Source: Callorhinchus milii
Taxonomy: Eukaryota
Direction: 5' to 3'
Length of the DNA: 64,000 nucleotides
Assembly (NCBI RefSeq): GCF_018977255.1
Contig: NW_024704743.1
Span: 95,606,001-95,670,000, forward strand
How positions within the stretch are numbered: position 1 is the first letter of the stretch; every line of letters starts with the position of its first letter. The translations under genes were made by a program, and so were the position numbers. Of this stretch, positions 53,297-64,000 are shown piece by piece. The notes below the pieces were generated by a model that made no database searches, was not told the origin of the DNA, and was given only the letters and a program-made list of their open reading frames with translations.

Positions 53297-53550
53297 TTAT
53301 GGAGCAGGCGCTGGGGAAATGATGGCATTATTGAGCTTCCTCACTTCCAGCTGCCAGTTTGGGAACCTCTTGGAGGACAGGTGGCGCCGTGCATGCTTAG
53401 TGAGATGGTCGCTCCTCATAAACCGCCGCTCACACATTGGACACGCAAATTTCTTTTCTCCAGTGTGGGTCCTGCGGTGTCGGGATAATTCGTCAGAACG
53501 TGCAAACCTTCGATCACAGCTTGCCCAACTACACCTGAAGGGCTTCTCAC
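53297..53550 (-). CDS. KLF10: KLF10 (TIEG1) last coding exon: zinc fingers 2-3 and C-terminus
   Basis: ttttgcag|GT GAG AAG...: (G)[56 protein letters not shown]...[15 protein letters not shown]. The C-terminus and position between UBR5 and AZIN1 indicate KLF10 rather than KLF11. Confidence 0.96.
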
Positions 53551-53797
53551 CTGCAAAACCAACATAACATTCATCAATACACCACAATCCCATCATAACA
53601 TTCATCAAACCTCCATCACTAAGCTTTGAAGGGACATTTTAAAAATAAGGTAATCCCAAGTTCCCCCACTGAGCCTGAATTTTCACAGGTTCAAATTATC
53701 ATCTGTCCTGTTAGCTGATCTCAGTAAACACAGCAGTGAGGTGCTACAATGAAGCTTCAGTCTGGTTAGAGAAGGGGAGAAAAGAAAAGTGCTTTAC

Positions 53798-54767
53798 CTG
53801 TGTGAGTCCTCATGTGGGCCTTCAGGTGAGAGCTTTTGAAGTACGTCTTCCCACAACCTGGGTGAGCACATATATGGCTTCGATCTCGAGATGCATCAGC
53901 TTGGGGAATGAGCTGGACTGCTGGCATGAAGCCAGGGGCAGGAGCAATAAGAGAGAGACGGGTACCACCCAGGCTGGTGAGCCGTGGTTTGATGTTCTGG
54001 GGAGTGGGCTGAGGCACAACAAACATCACCGCAGTCTTTGAAAGTGGGGTCCCCATGAACACGACAGGCGGTTTCAGAGCTGACTGCTTCCTGGGTGCAG
54101 TGTGAGGAATTACAGCAGTCGTAATAGAGCCATTTGTGGCAAAGGGTACCATTTGGCAGATGATAGATGCTGGTGGAACAGCAAGAGATGAGACTTTCTG
54201 AGACGGCACCAACACTGAAGCCAACTGGCTCGGAGCAGCTGCAGGAAGCTGGGAATTTGGTAAAGCAGATTGTTTGAAGAATGACAGGGAATGAATAGTC
54301 GTTACTGGGCACTGATTGGGTTTGTCTGCTTTTGATATTTTATTTTCAGCCAATTTGACTGGAAAAAACGCATCACTTGATAGAGAGTTCATTTTGGTGC
54401 TCACAGTTTCTCTGCTTTTCTGTTCATTCCTACTCCCTGGATTGGTCCTGTACATCATTTCCTGCTCAGTGGATGTAGTACTCATGTTAACTAGGCAGGA
54501 GCCACTCGTGCATGGTAGTGCATCTGCGGTGTGGCGAATCACACTTGTGGCTTGAGATCTTTGTCTTGCTCTGCTGTTTCCTGTCTTCATGTACTGCAGT
54601 GGACTGACCTCTTTGGATACTGGCGATACATCTGGGACCATGTTAGCTTGTTTGGTTGAATGAAGCTCCACTTTGGACATTGAAGTCTGGGGCACCAGGG
54701 CTCTCATCAGAGGATGAACCACTTGAGACACCTCAAAGTTCGGAGGGCTGTATGGTGGCGTCAGACA
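53798..54767 (-). CDS. KLF10: KLF10 large central exon (970 nt): repression domains and zinc finger 1
   Basis: ttatctgtag|[12 protein letters not shown]...[10 protein letters not shown]...ICQMVP...VMFVVPQP...IAPAPGF...[27 protein letters not shown]|gtaaag. Phase 0 in, phase 1 out. Confidence 0.97.
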
Positions 54768-55202
54768 CTACAGATAAGAGAAGAGAAAGTTAAGAGCCAG
54801 GCTTTCAATAAATAGTTTAGCACTTTGAAGCAATGCTAACATTGCCAAATATTTGTATTCTTAACTGCCTTTCTTATCCCTTCCTCTTTCTCCAGTTCTT
54901 CCCTCCCCGCTTCAAAACAGCCTCCAATGCTTGAATACAGTTCCACAGGCACCATCAATGCTGCGGTACCTTGCCTAGTGACTGTACATTAGCCTAGAGA
55001 AAGCAGGCAGGCTGCTTTAGGATGGGGAGGGGAACATCGTGATTGAGCTTAATCCTCCCCTCATCTAATGTCCTACAAGTTTTCAACCTCCACTGATTTT
55101 CCCTCCTTAGCTCAAAATTGTTGAGGTCAATTCTTAATCAGCTGACTCAACATAAAGCAGGATCGCTCTAAGTGATCTTTGATCTGATGGCTCAGTACTT
55201 AC

Positions 55203-55433
55203 AAACTGTGGTAAAGTATGGAAGTCAGGAGAGCTGGGTACACCATCTTCAGTTTCCTCAGACCCATCAGATACCGGGGTCAATGGCCTAAGATCAGTGT
55301 AGTTTTTGACATTTGTTTTCCAACTACAGCTCATTGACATGAGTGCTTCAACTGCTTCGATGTCGCCTTTCTCTGTACCACTGGTCCAAAAACACTCACT
55401 GTACTTTTTGTAATCCATTTCCATTGATTTGTC
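55203..55433 (-). CDS. KLF10: KLF10 exon 2 (231 nt); first in-frame ATG at 55424; contains the Sin3-interaction motif
   Basis: cctgcag|DKSMEMDYKK...DIEAVEALMSMSCSWK...RPLTPVSD...FHTLPQF|gtaagt. Confidence 0.96.
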
Positions 55434-56174
55434 CTGCAGGGGAGGAAGAGGAAAGAAAATTGATAGTTATGTATGCAGTTTAACAACTCCAACAGGCTTC
55501 CTGGGAGCAGGAGTACTGTTTAGAGTGGTAATGCAGATGACAAAATACTTTAACTCTTTTAAGGATGGATTTCAAAACCCTGCTGACATTTTCACCTGTG
55601 TTTTTTGCCCACAAAACACATTACACTTTACATCCCAACGTGAAAGGTGCTACACCAAACATAAGGATTATTATTACTGTTTTACATAAATTACCAAGAA
55701 GGGAACGTAGTGCACAATTTACTCAAAGCTTCATGCTCCTTTTCCTTTTTCTGAAAAATGCAACCTCAAAGAATACATGAAACTTAAAAATTAAACTGCT
55801 GTGTAAGAAGCGATCAATGAGCTGAACTACTGAAATTTGGAATCTGATATCTCTGGTATAGTGAGAGCAGTTCAACATTCCACTCCTCACCAAACACAAG
55901 TGCAAAGATTCTCCTGGGCAGCAAGTTTACAGTCATCAGCAATTTCCTCATTAGAAATGGATACTGGCAAGGAATCTAATTTCACTGCAGATTTTCATTT
56001 CTCTCCATCTCCCCAACAACATTTATAATAAACGTGCAACATCCGCAGGAATGTTTAAAGGAAGGGCTAGCCAGGTCTTTTCCAGTGTCACTGGTGATTA
56101 GCAATCTGATGAAAAAGAGCCCAGAGTGTAAACTTTTTTGCTACATGTGCATAGAGCTCTGTTTTTTCTAATTC

Positions 56175-56490
56175 AATAATAATACTTGCATTTGATATAG
56201 CATCTCGTCATACTGTCAAAACCTCCCAAAGTGTTTCACAGTATTTTATTGTAAGATGTAGTGAGAACAATGTAGTGCTAGGAAGATGACCGAAGGTACG
56301 GTCTAAGAGGAGGGTCTTTAGACAGGCTTTGAAGGAGGCAAAGGAGGGAGAAAGTTGAAGGGACTGTGGATGGAGTTCCAAAGGGTGGGGGCAGAAAGGC
56401 AGAAAGGTTGAAGGCTCGACCACCGATGGTGGGACTGGCCGGGTGGGGGACATGGAGCAGGTTGGAGCCCGCTGAGTGGATGTAGCGGAC
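56175..56490 (-). mobile_element. SINE tail plus L2 3' fragment in KLF10 intron 1
   Basis: acttgcatttgatatagc tail, then ggagttccaaagggtgggggcaga L2 motif. Confidence 0.75.
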
Positions 56491-57256
56491 AGGTCGATAT
56501 GAGGTTAATTCCCATCAACACTAGTAACAGTCCCAGTACTTTTTGGTGCTTTAAACAACTAGAATAGCCAGAGCCTGATATTTAGCGACATTTGTATATA
56601 GAGGCTTCTTAAAACACCAACCAGCTCTCAGGTGCCATTGTATGTTCGTTCTACAGTTTCTGCTGAACCTATTTTATTTGAAAGAAACAACCGAATAAGA
56701 AAGTATTCCTAAATTCAGGCAACAAATTCCAAGGCACTGCATACTGCTTAAAATATCAATATTAAAACAAACTCCTTTGTGAAGACATTGCCTGAAGCAC
56801 AGTAGATTACCAACACACCCTTTTATAACTAAACATAGGGATAATCAAGAATAAATCTCTTATATATTGGGCAAAAATGAAGAATCCATTAAGCTAAATC
56901 ATATATGAAAAAAAACACTGACACCCGGTCACCCTGATACCCAATTTTGATACTGAGCATTAGCAATTTAATGTGTCATTTATTGCCATTAGGAGTACAT
57001 TTGTTTCAGAAGTTATTTTTCTCATTAATTGCCTTCCCTGGTTGCTTCAATTCACAAACTAATGCATCCAACTGCATCCCATCAATGACTCTTCTCTTCA
57101 ATTCTAATCCCCATCCTTCTTTGGAAAATAACCAGCCCCGGTTCAGTGTAACCTCAGGATTAGGCAACTCAGCAACATGGAGAATTAAGGGTCCCAACCC
57201 ATAATAATAATAACTACTTGTGGCACTGCAAGAGTGGTCAAAACTTGAATTTACCT

Positions 57257-57507
57257 ATAATAATAATTATCCTTGCATTTGATATAGCGCCTTTCACGTC
57301 TTCTAGACGTCCCAAAGTGCTTCACAGAATATACTGAAGTGAATTGACTGTATATTTGTGGGCGAACGCGACAGCCAATTGCGCACAGCAGTGTCCCACA
57401 AACAGTCATGGATTGAAAATGACCAATTTTATTATTGCTTTGTTTTTTGGAGTGATTATTATTAGGCGTGCGGAGTAAGGAAACTTTCCCAAGGTTTCGC
57501 CCTGCCT
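57257..57507 (-). mobile_element. Young SINE, head-truncated, in KLF10 intron 1
   Basis: Near-identical to the body and tail of 24948-25266. Confidence 0.92.
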
Positions 57508-59032
57508 ATAGTGGTCACTTAAAATTCTTAGATTAGGTTTTCGCTCAATGCGTTACTTTATAAGTTAATGAGCAAACTGATGATGACTTAGCTAGAAATC
57601 CTAATGATTCAGGAGCCATACTGATCAGCTTAGTCGAGGAACAACTCACATGAAGTGGGCACACCCCATCACCTGCCCAATCCCCAGATACTGCCCCCAC
57701 ATACATACTCTGCAGACACTGCACTCCCACCCCACCAACACACCCACCCACACTTGCTCACTCACTTCACCCACACACTGGCCCAATCGCACAGCCTGGG
57801 TTGGCTGAGCCCAGCCCACAAGGCAATAAGTATTGCCAGATTGGGCACGGATTCACGCCAAATTGAACGGGTGCCTAACTTGAAAAAAATTAAACCTGTA
57901 AAAATTAATTGGTTTCTTTGAAGACCTTTTCTCACACAGTTTCAAAAGCACTAACCTAAATCGGCCACTCTGCTACCCTGCGGAAGGCAACACATTATAT
58001 TGGGCTACTTTTGGGCAAGTATTTGGTGGATTTTGGGCTACAAACATATTTTAATTTCTGGCACAGGCTGTGCATGGGTTCATGTGAACGCTGCATGCTT
58101 CCCTGCTGCTAGTCAGCACTGCACGAACACGAGTGAACCAGTCACCACAGCGACCTCTCACCCACTTACAAACAAGAGATCCCCAGACACAGAGAAAAAG
58201 CGCAAGTTCAGGAGAACAACACAGCACTGCTACCTATACCACTACAAAGGGCAGCACCCAAGAAACTTCACTTCGCAAGTCAATTTAAATCAGTTGCATT
58301 AGTAGTGTGTGTATTAATCAACACAAACCCAACTGTTTCGTCTACAAAATATAGTCAATTCGCTTTACAACATATTCTGTGAAGTGCTTCGAAATGTCTC
58401 AAAGACATGATAAGACGCTATATCAAACGCAAGGATTATTATTGTTATATTGTTTTTATTGGTATTTCCAATAATTCGCAGCCAGAGTGGGAGGAAGGGG
58501 GCGATGTACAACTATTAACCCAACAGACGGTTCAGACTTTTTAAAAGAAATACAACAAGTTGCACTTGTATAGCCTTCGCGGGCAAATTGCGTCCCAGAG
58601 CGCTTAATACAGTATAACCAACACCGACCTTTTACAATGCAATATATTTTCTCATTGATTCACATTATGAATGACAGCCAAAGCTCTCCGAATGCGATGG
58701 GACAAAAATGCACGTTCTTAGCGGAAACGCTGCGAGGAAGAGGGAGACCAGCAAAAAGGCAAAGGATTGGGGGGTGGGAGGGGGAGGGGGGAGGGAAGAG
58801 GGGAAGAATCCTCAACAACAACAACAACAAGGACAACAACAAGTTACATTTGCAGAGAGCCTTTCAGGTAGGGGAGGGCGTCCCAAGGAGCTGGAGAATC
58901 TCATGCACAAAGCCAGACGTCCCTCCTCACATCAATCCACACAGACAGTCACACTGAGAGGTGGTGTTTTTTTAACAAACACACACACACACACACATTT
59001 GTGGCCAAAGTGCTGAATGAGTGAGTACTCAC

Positions 59033-59240
59033 AGTAAGTGCTGTGCGGTGCAGTGCTGTGCAGTGCAGTGCAGGAGGCTGAGGGGGAGCCTGGGCTGAAG
59101 CCCGGGGGGAGACACAAAGGAAGCGGAGCGCTGTCTCCTGCCTCCTCCGCGGCCACTTGGCAGCTTGTGGGCGGCGGCAGCTGATGGGAACGCCATGGGC
59201 TTCCCAGTCAGCCCGAGCGCCGGCTCCCAGCGCCGCCAAT
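59033..59240 (-). other. KLF10: Probable KLF10 exon 1 (leader); 5' end approximate
   Basis: CpG-rich island upstream of exon 2 with a good donor ACT|gtgagt at 59033/59032 and CCAAT motifs at 59236-59240 and 59268-59272. Confidence 0.55.
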
Positions 59241-59500
59241 TGCACTGCGAGGTGTGTCCCTCCCCGGCCAATGGGGAGGTGTGGGCTGCGTGATCAGCGC
59301 CTGGGCGCGGGCATGATCCCTCCGTGGATGCAGACGTGGTACACAGAACCCCGGACTGGTGCGCTCTGCTCCTGCTCTGCTCTGCTGCTGCTCTGCAGCC
59401 CACGCAGAAACAGCCCCTCTCCCTGACTCACCGTCACTCGGGGATTTATGACTCTCAGTGCATTCAAAAGTAGGAGTGGGGTGGGGGGGAGAGAGAGAGA
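59230..59500 (-). promoter_or_regulatory. Probable KLF10 promoter (CpG-rich)
   Basis: CCAAT boxes, GC/GT-box-like runs and an AP-1-type TGACTCA at 59424-59430. Confidence 0.55.
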
Positions 59501-61739
59501 GAGAAGGCACCATTGATCTGAATGCTGGACATCATAATAATTAATAATCCTTGCATTTGATATGACCCTTTATCGCGTCATTCGGATATTTCGAAGCTCT
59601 TCGCAGAGTATACTTTGCGGGTGAAACATGAGGATTACGACTGAGGCCGTCTCTCTGGTTATCCATTGCGAGCATAGCTTCAGCTGAAGGCAAAGCGAGT
59701 GAAAGTAAACAAACCCCTGAAAGCTGAATTTCCAGCTCACTGTTGGAAGGGGAGTGGAGTTGACATCGTGATCTACGTTCTCTAGACATGTCCCGACCTG
59801 TTTTTGCCGTGATCAGCTGCGTATCAGTCACTGTGAAACCTGTCACCAATCCAAGTGCAGAGTTCCACGCTTGACCAGACTTGTGATTCAAGAAGAAATC
59901 AATGGCTTTTCAATTGACCCTGATCTTGTCTGTATAATAGGGTTGACCAGCTGAACCCATTGGACACCATGTACGGTGTTAGCCCAGCTCAGTTGGTAGC
60001 ACTCTCACCTCTGGGTCAGAAGGTTGTAGGTCCAAGGAAGGACGTTGATCTCATAGTCTGGGCTGACACACCAATACAACACTGCATCCTTAAAGAGACA
60101 TTAAACCAAAGTCCCGTTACTGAGCTAGATGGGGACACAGTACTTCTGACTAACGTCTCCTTAAAGTACTTCAGGTCACTGCTGATGATAGACCAGCCAG
60201 ATCTGGCTCGTTGGCAGGATTTGGACGTATAGACAAGACACTAGGAGCACAAATTCTTCCCACTCAGCTCCTGTTGACCCTGACAGGTAGAGCAGTCCTA
60301 ACTGGAGAAGCAAGAGGAAGCTTATCCCATTGAAAACATATTCAAACTGAACCAGCTACCCAAACGGCTTCTCAGACATAAATGTCTGACTCAATGAGTA
60401 CCTAAAAAGCTGGAGGCTGCACTTTTGGGATGCCACAGATGTCAACTTCACCTGTTTCCCTTAATACATATTTGAGGGAAGAGGGAATAGAGGGATTATA
60501 GACAGAGGATTAAGAGGGCTGGAAGCTAGTATAGAGTATAAACAGCAGCATGAACTAGTTGGGCTGAAAGACCTATTTTCATGCTGTATTTCATCATTGT
60601 ATTTAACTCCTAGTAAATAAAAAAAGTTGAAGTTACAAAAAGGAATTATGTCATTAGCTATAATCTAGGCTTCAACAATACTTTTTAAAAAGCTACACAA
60701 ATTCATCATGCTCCTCAAACCATGCTTAACACAGCATGAAGAAGTGCTTTCAAAAGCGACAAGAGGAAAACTTGAAGGTCACCAGTGGCCCGTATTACAA
60801 ATAATTGTTATAGTTAGCACCTTTGAGACATCTTGATATAAGGCACTATTATATATCATGTCAAATGCTTCAAAATGTTTAATAGGTAATTGCTGCCATC
60901 TATTTATAGGCAAACTGCAGCCCATTTACCTCCTGTTGGGTCCTGAAGCTCATTGCGTTTGGGTCACTTGTGAAGAATGACATTCTGGAGGCTACCCATG
61001 GAAATGTAGCCCAGCAAGTTACCATCTTCTGGAGAGCGCAAATTCTGAACAAAAACTACTGTGTTAATCTTTTACATGACAAAGTTTGGGTTTCTTCTTT
61101 CTCCACCCATCAGGAAGGTAACAGTCAGGCACTTCTGGTGCATGACAGACTGGAAAGCAGCTCAGTGAGTTCAATATTTCTCTCCAGGAAACACTATAGT
61201 GACAAGATATAAAGCTTTAAATGAACTTTGTCGCTTGTTAATTTCTCAGTTGGACAGTTGCAAGTGAAGGGATTAATTAAAGTTGGTCAGAAAATAGTCC
61301 TATTTTCATGGAAAAGATAGCTTCTCACTGTACACGTTTCACAATGTGCTTCTCGATGCTCTGCCCTTCCCAACACTTTTCTCAAATACCAGCTTTAAAA
61401 TGAAACAAAATCTGTCACGCACTTAGAAAACATAAGAGCCAGAAGGCTTTTCGCATACATGTATTCTTCTCTTGTGTTTGCTGTGTATTTTAATTCTATT
61501 AAGTTTAACTCTAGAATATTAGGAGTAAAAGAATTGCTAGAAGAAATTAATGGTATGAAATATTGAAAATGCCTAATTTAAAATTAACCAAAAATAAAAT
61601 TATGTGGCCCTCAACTACATTATTTTGTGTATTCCATCGGATATTTAAAAAGATACAACATATTTTGTTAGAAATTGAAATGTTTGTTTTGCTCTAGTTC
61701 AATATTCAATTAATATAAAGTCCATAGAAGCTACACAAT

Positions 61740-61804
61740 TTTATTGGAAGTCAAACAGGGACAACATTAGATCATACAAACTTTGCTGCAATTTTACATT
61801 TATT
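61740..61804 (-). terminator. Candidate AZIN1 polyadenylation signals
   Basis: Plus-strand tttatt at 61740-61745 and 61799-61804, in the AT-rich 3' UTR about 500-560 nt past the stop codon. Confidence 0.5.
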
Positions 61805-62302
61805 AAACTACAGAACAAAGCACAAATTTTACACATCCTAAACATTTTACATATTTTAAGTCAAATTACTCTGGTTATTCTGTTACATGGGCAAAATAAA
61901 GAACTCAAGACATCTATAACAAGAATATCTGTATAAAAATTGTGAACATGTAAACTGTTTAAGTAGGGAACCTATTGATAGGTTTCCACCTCTTCCAAGT
62001 CATCCATTTTGTTGCATATTTTATTGTTGGTATGTGGGGGAAGGGGGAGGAGAGAGAAAGAGAAAAGTTACAACATCAACTTGCAGGTTTCATTTCAGAT
62101 GGTTAAAAATGTTAATTTTTTTCCACATGACCACTTGCAATTATTCCAGCTGATTTTTGCCTGGTCCCAATCATCAATTTCAAGTGTTCGAGTTAAATTT
62201 TAACAGCAAAAAGTTAAACAAACAGGATTGTTCCACTGGTTCGATTCCTCTTTGGAACGTCAACCAGACATGCGATTGAACAGAACTGCAAACTGCAATA
62301 AT

Positions 62303-62432
62303 TTAAGCACTGATGCCAGACAAACCAGCAGCAGAAAAATTTTGTTCCTGTCTCAGCTGAAAGCAAGAAGGCACACGAGAGAAATTCTTCACAGATGTGT
62401 CCAAGGTTAATCCAACTTCCTGCATTGAAAAC
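62303..62432 (-). CDS. AZIN1: Antizyme inhibitor 1, last coding exon
   Basis: gtctcag|G TTT TCA ATG...: (W)FSMQEVGLTLDTSVKNFSRVPSCFQLRQEQNFSAAGLSGISA*, resembling the AZIN1 C-terminus rather than the ODC PEST tail. Confidence 0.93.
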
Positions 62433-63005
62433 CTGAGACAAAAAAACAAAACTTCATTAAGCAGAATGAACAAATATGGTCTTTCCAACTAGTTTTGTGA
62501 TATAGTGGAACCTCATTACCCATAAAATTCTACCTATATAACAGGCACAACAGTAGTTTCATTGAGCACTGCCAACTGATCTACTCTCTCAGTTGTTTTC
62601 CCGATCAAAAGGAAAATGACCGATTTTAGGATCATTCGGTCACCACCATTATCACTTTCTGTTTGGTACGCTTGAGCAAAGTAGAAATTGATGTTATAGG
62701 AAACCTGATGACCCCGAAGTTGGTCTTTTAAACACAGGAAGCTAAAATGGCCAACTTCTGTCTTATTTGGTCACTGAAGGCATAATTTCCTGCTTTGGAC
62801 ATATGTCGCAAGGAAGTGATATCAGCAGCAACCCAATACCAGGAAAGTCAGCTGGCACATGGGAAGCAGATGGGCTGGCTACATGCATGAAAGCGAATGG
62901 GGTTCACTACGTTATAACTAAATTTGTTCTATAAGGAACTGTTTGTTTATTATTTATAAATATTACATTTCCTTCACATTAATTTGGTAAACAATCATCA
63001 CTTAC

Positions 63006-63217
63006 CAATCATTGATCGACATCACACAATACACTGGGGGTCTCTGGAACTCGCTGAACGCAGACTGCTCTAAGGTGTATGCTCCCATGTTTTCAAAGAT
63101 GACCCAATCACCAACATTCAGTTCGGGCAGGAGACAGTGCTCTACAACTTGATCAAGTCCATCACAGGAGGGGCCCCACAGGCTGCTGCCAAATACAGGT
63201 CCCTCTGAGTTTGGGTT
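63006..63217 (-). CDS. AZIN1: Antizyme inhibitor 1, penultimate coding exon (212 nt)
   Basis: ttgtttag|[70 protein letters not shown](W) TG|gtaag. ODC/AZIN family; the SSLWGPSCD and [10 protein letters not shown] motifs and synteny with KLF10 indicate AZIN1. Confidence 0.95.
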
Positions 63218-63753
63218 CTAAACAAAAGAAAACAAGATTATCAGGATAATTCTACTGCAGCATCTCACATTTTATTTAAGAGATAAAGACAAAAGATGTT
63301 CACAGCTGTTAAATATGTATCTTACAATATCTCAAATAATCCTTGCATTTGATATAGCTCCTTTCAAGTCAGGACGACATCTTAAAGCGATTCACTGGAT
63401 TTATTGTTACATGATGAGACTGTGTACTCTGTAGGTGAAGATGGCTGCCTGTTTGGTCACAACAATATTTCACAAACAGCTATGATCTGTAATAGTACTC
63501 GTTTTCAAATCTAAATGAGTCTAGGCTGGATCCTTTATTTTCTCTTCCCAAAGCAACACGTATCCGCTCACCGAACTGATGAGCATGACATTTTTAATCT
63601 AGAACTAGCCCTCGCTATGAACAGCTAGTCCTACACCAGTTCAGATTTAGTCTGGGCTTGGGCCAATTTACAAAATTACAATTAAGCTTTTGTATAAAAA
63701 CTCAATTTTATTTGGTGACTTCAAAAAGCTAATGAAGTGTTCAAATTCATAGC

Positions 63754-64000
63754 ATAATAATCCTTGCATTTGATATAGCACCTTATCATGTCTTTGAGAA
63801 GTCTCAAAGTGCTTCACAGAATATACTGTAAAGTGAATTGACTGTATATTTTGTGGGTGGAACGCAGTAGCCAATTATGCATAGCAATGTCCCACAAACA
63901 GTCGTGGATTGCATGTCCAAATTATTATTTTTTGAAGGTATTATTACTCCCGGAAAAGCAATCCGACAATCGACTAGCAACCGAGTTCCTACTTACTGCT
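63754..64000 (-). mobile_element. tRNA-headed SINE, long-spacer subfamily, running off the window end
   Basis: Tail ataataatccttgcatttgatatagc, body, and spacer ...gttcctacttactgct. Confidence 0.9.

Noticed and set aside
53766..54731. ORF-track 321-aa protein as a stand-alone gene, and a KLF11 assignment
   Set aside because: It is an internal exon (53798-54767) with splice sites. The C-terminal sequence and UBR5/AZIN1 neighbours favour KLF10.
59420..59513. Alternative KLF10 first exon from ATG 59513 to the donor ACG|gtgagt near 59432
   Set aside because: This ATG reaches the donor in phase 1, out of frame with exon 2, and the region looks like promoter sequence. Unsupported without transcripts.
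62706..62777. TGATGA...CTGA resembling a C/D-box snoRNA
   Set aside because: The boxes are on the plus strand, antisense to the AZIN1 host intron, and the C box lacks the leading purine.
63006..63217. Assignment as ODC1
   Set aside because: The last exon resembles the AZIN1 C-terminus, lacks the ODC PEST/degron tail, and synteny with KLF10-UBR5 is that of AZIN1.

Overview
This is vertebrate genomic DNA. The repeat landscape (tRNA-derived Deu-type SINEs, L2 and CR1 LINEs) and the protein divergence suggest a cartilaginous fish; this is inference. Three spliced genes lie on the minus strand in the same order as human 8q22: the 5' end of UBR5 (CpG-island promoter and coding exons 1-3), KLF10/TIEG1 (three coding exons resolved plus a probable first exon), and the last two coding exons and 3' UTR of AZIN1. 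All listed coding exons have GT/AG boundaries and join in phase. The rest is intron or intergenic DNA dense in SINE, L2 and CR1 copies, and most ORF-track entries are spurious or LINE remnants. I see no evidence of a new multi-gene system. The most interesting observations are: (1) a decayed 28S rRNA segment split by three insertions, (2) a ~220-bp inverted repeat pair just downstream of KLF10, one arm of which interrupts that rRNA segment, (3) a perfect 33-bp foldback at the 5' end of a decayed CR1, (4) an AZIN1 that keeps ODC-like residues and has His at the mammalian S367G editing codon, (5) a KLF10 leader whose ATG is out of frame, and (6) a young tRNA-Ala-headed SINE sharing its 3' tail with local L2 elements. 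Comparisons to human proteins and rRNA are from memory, not from a database search.
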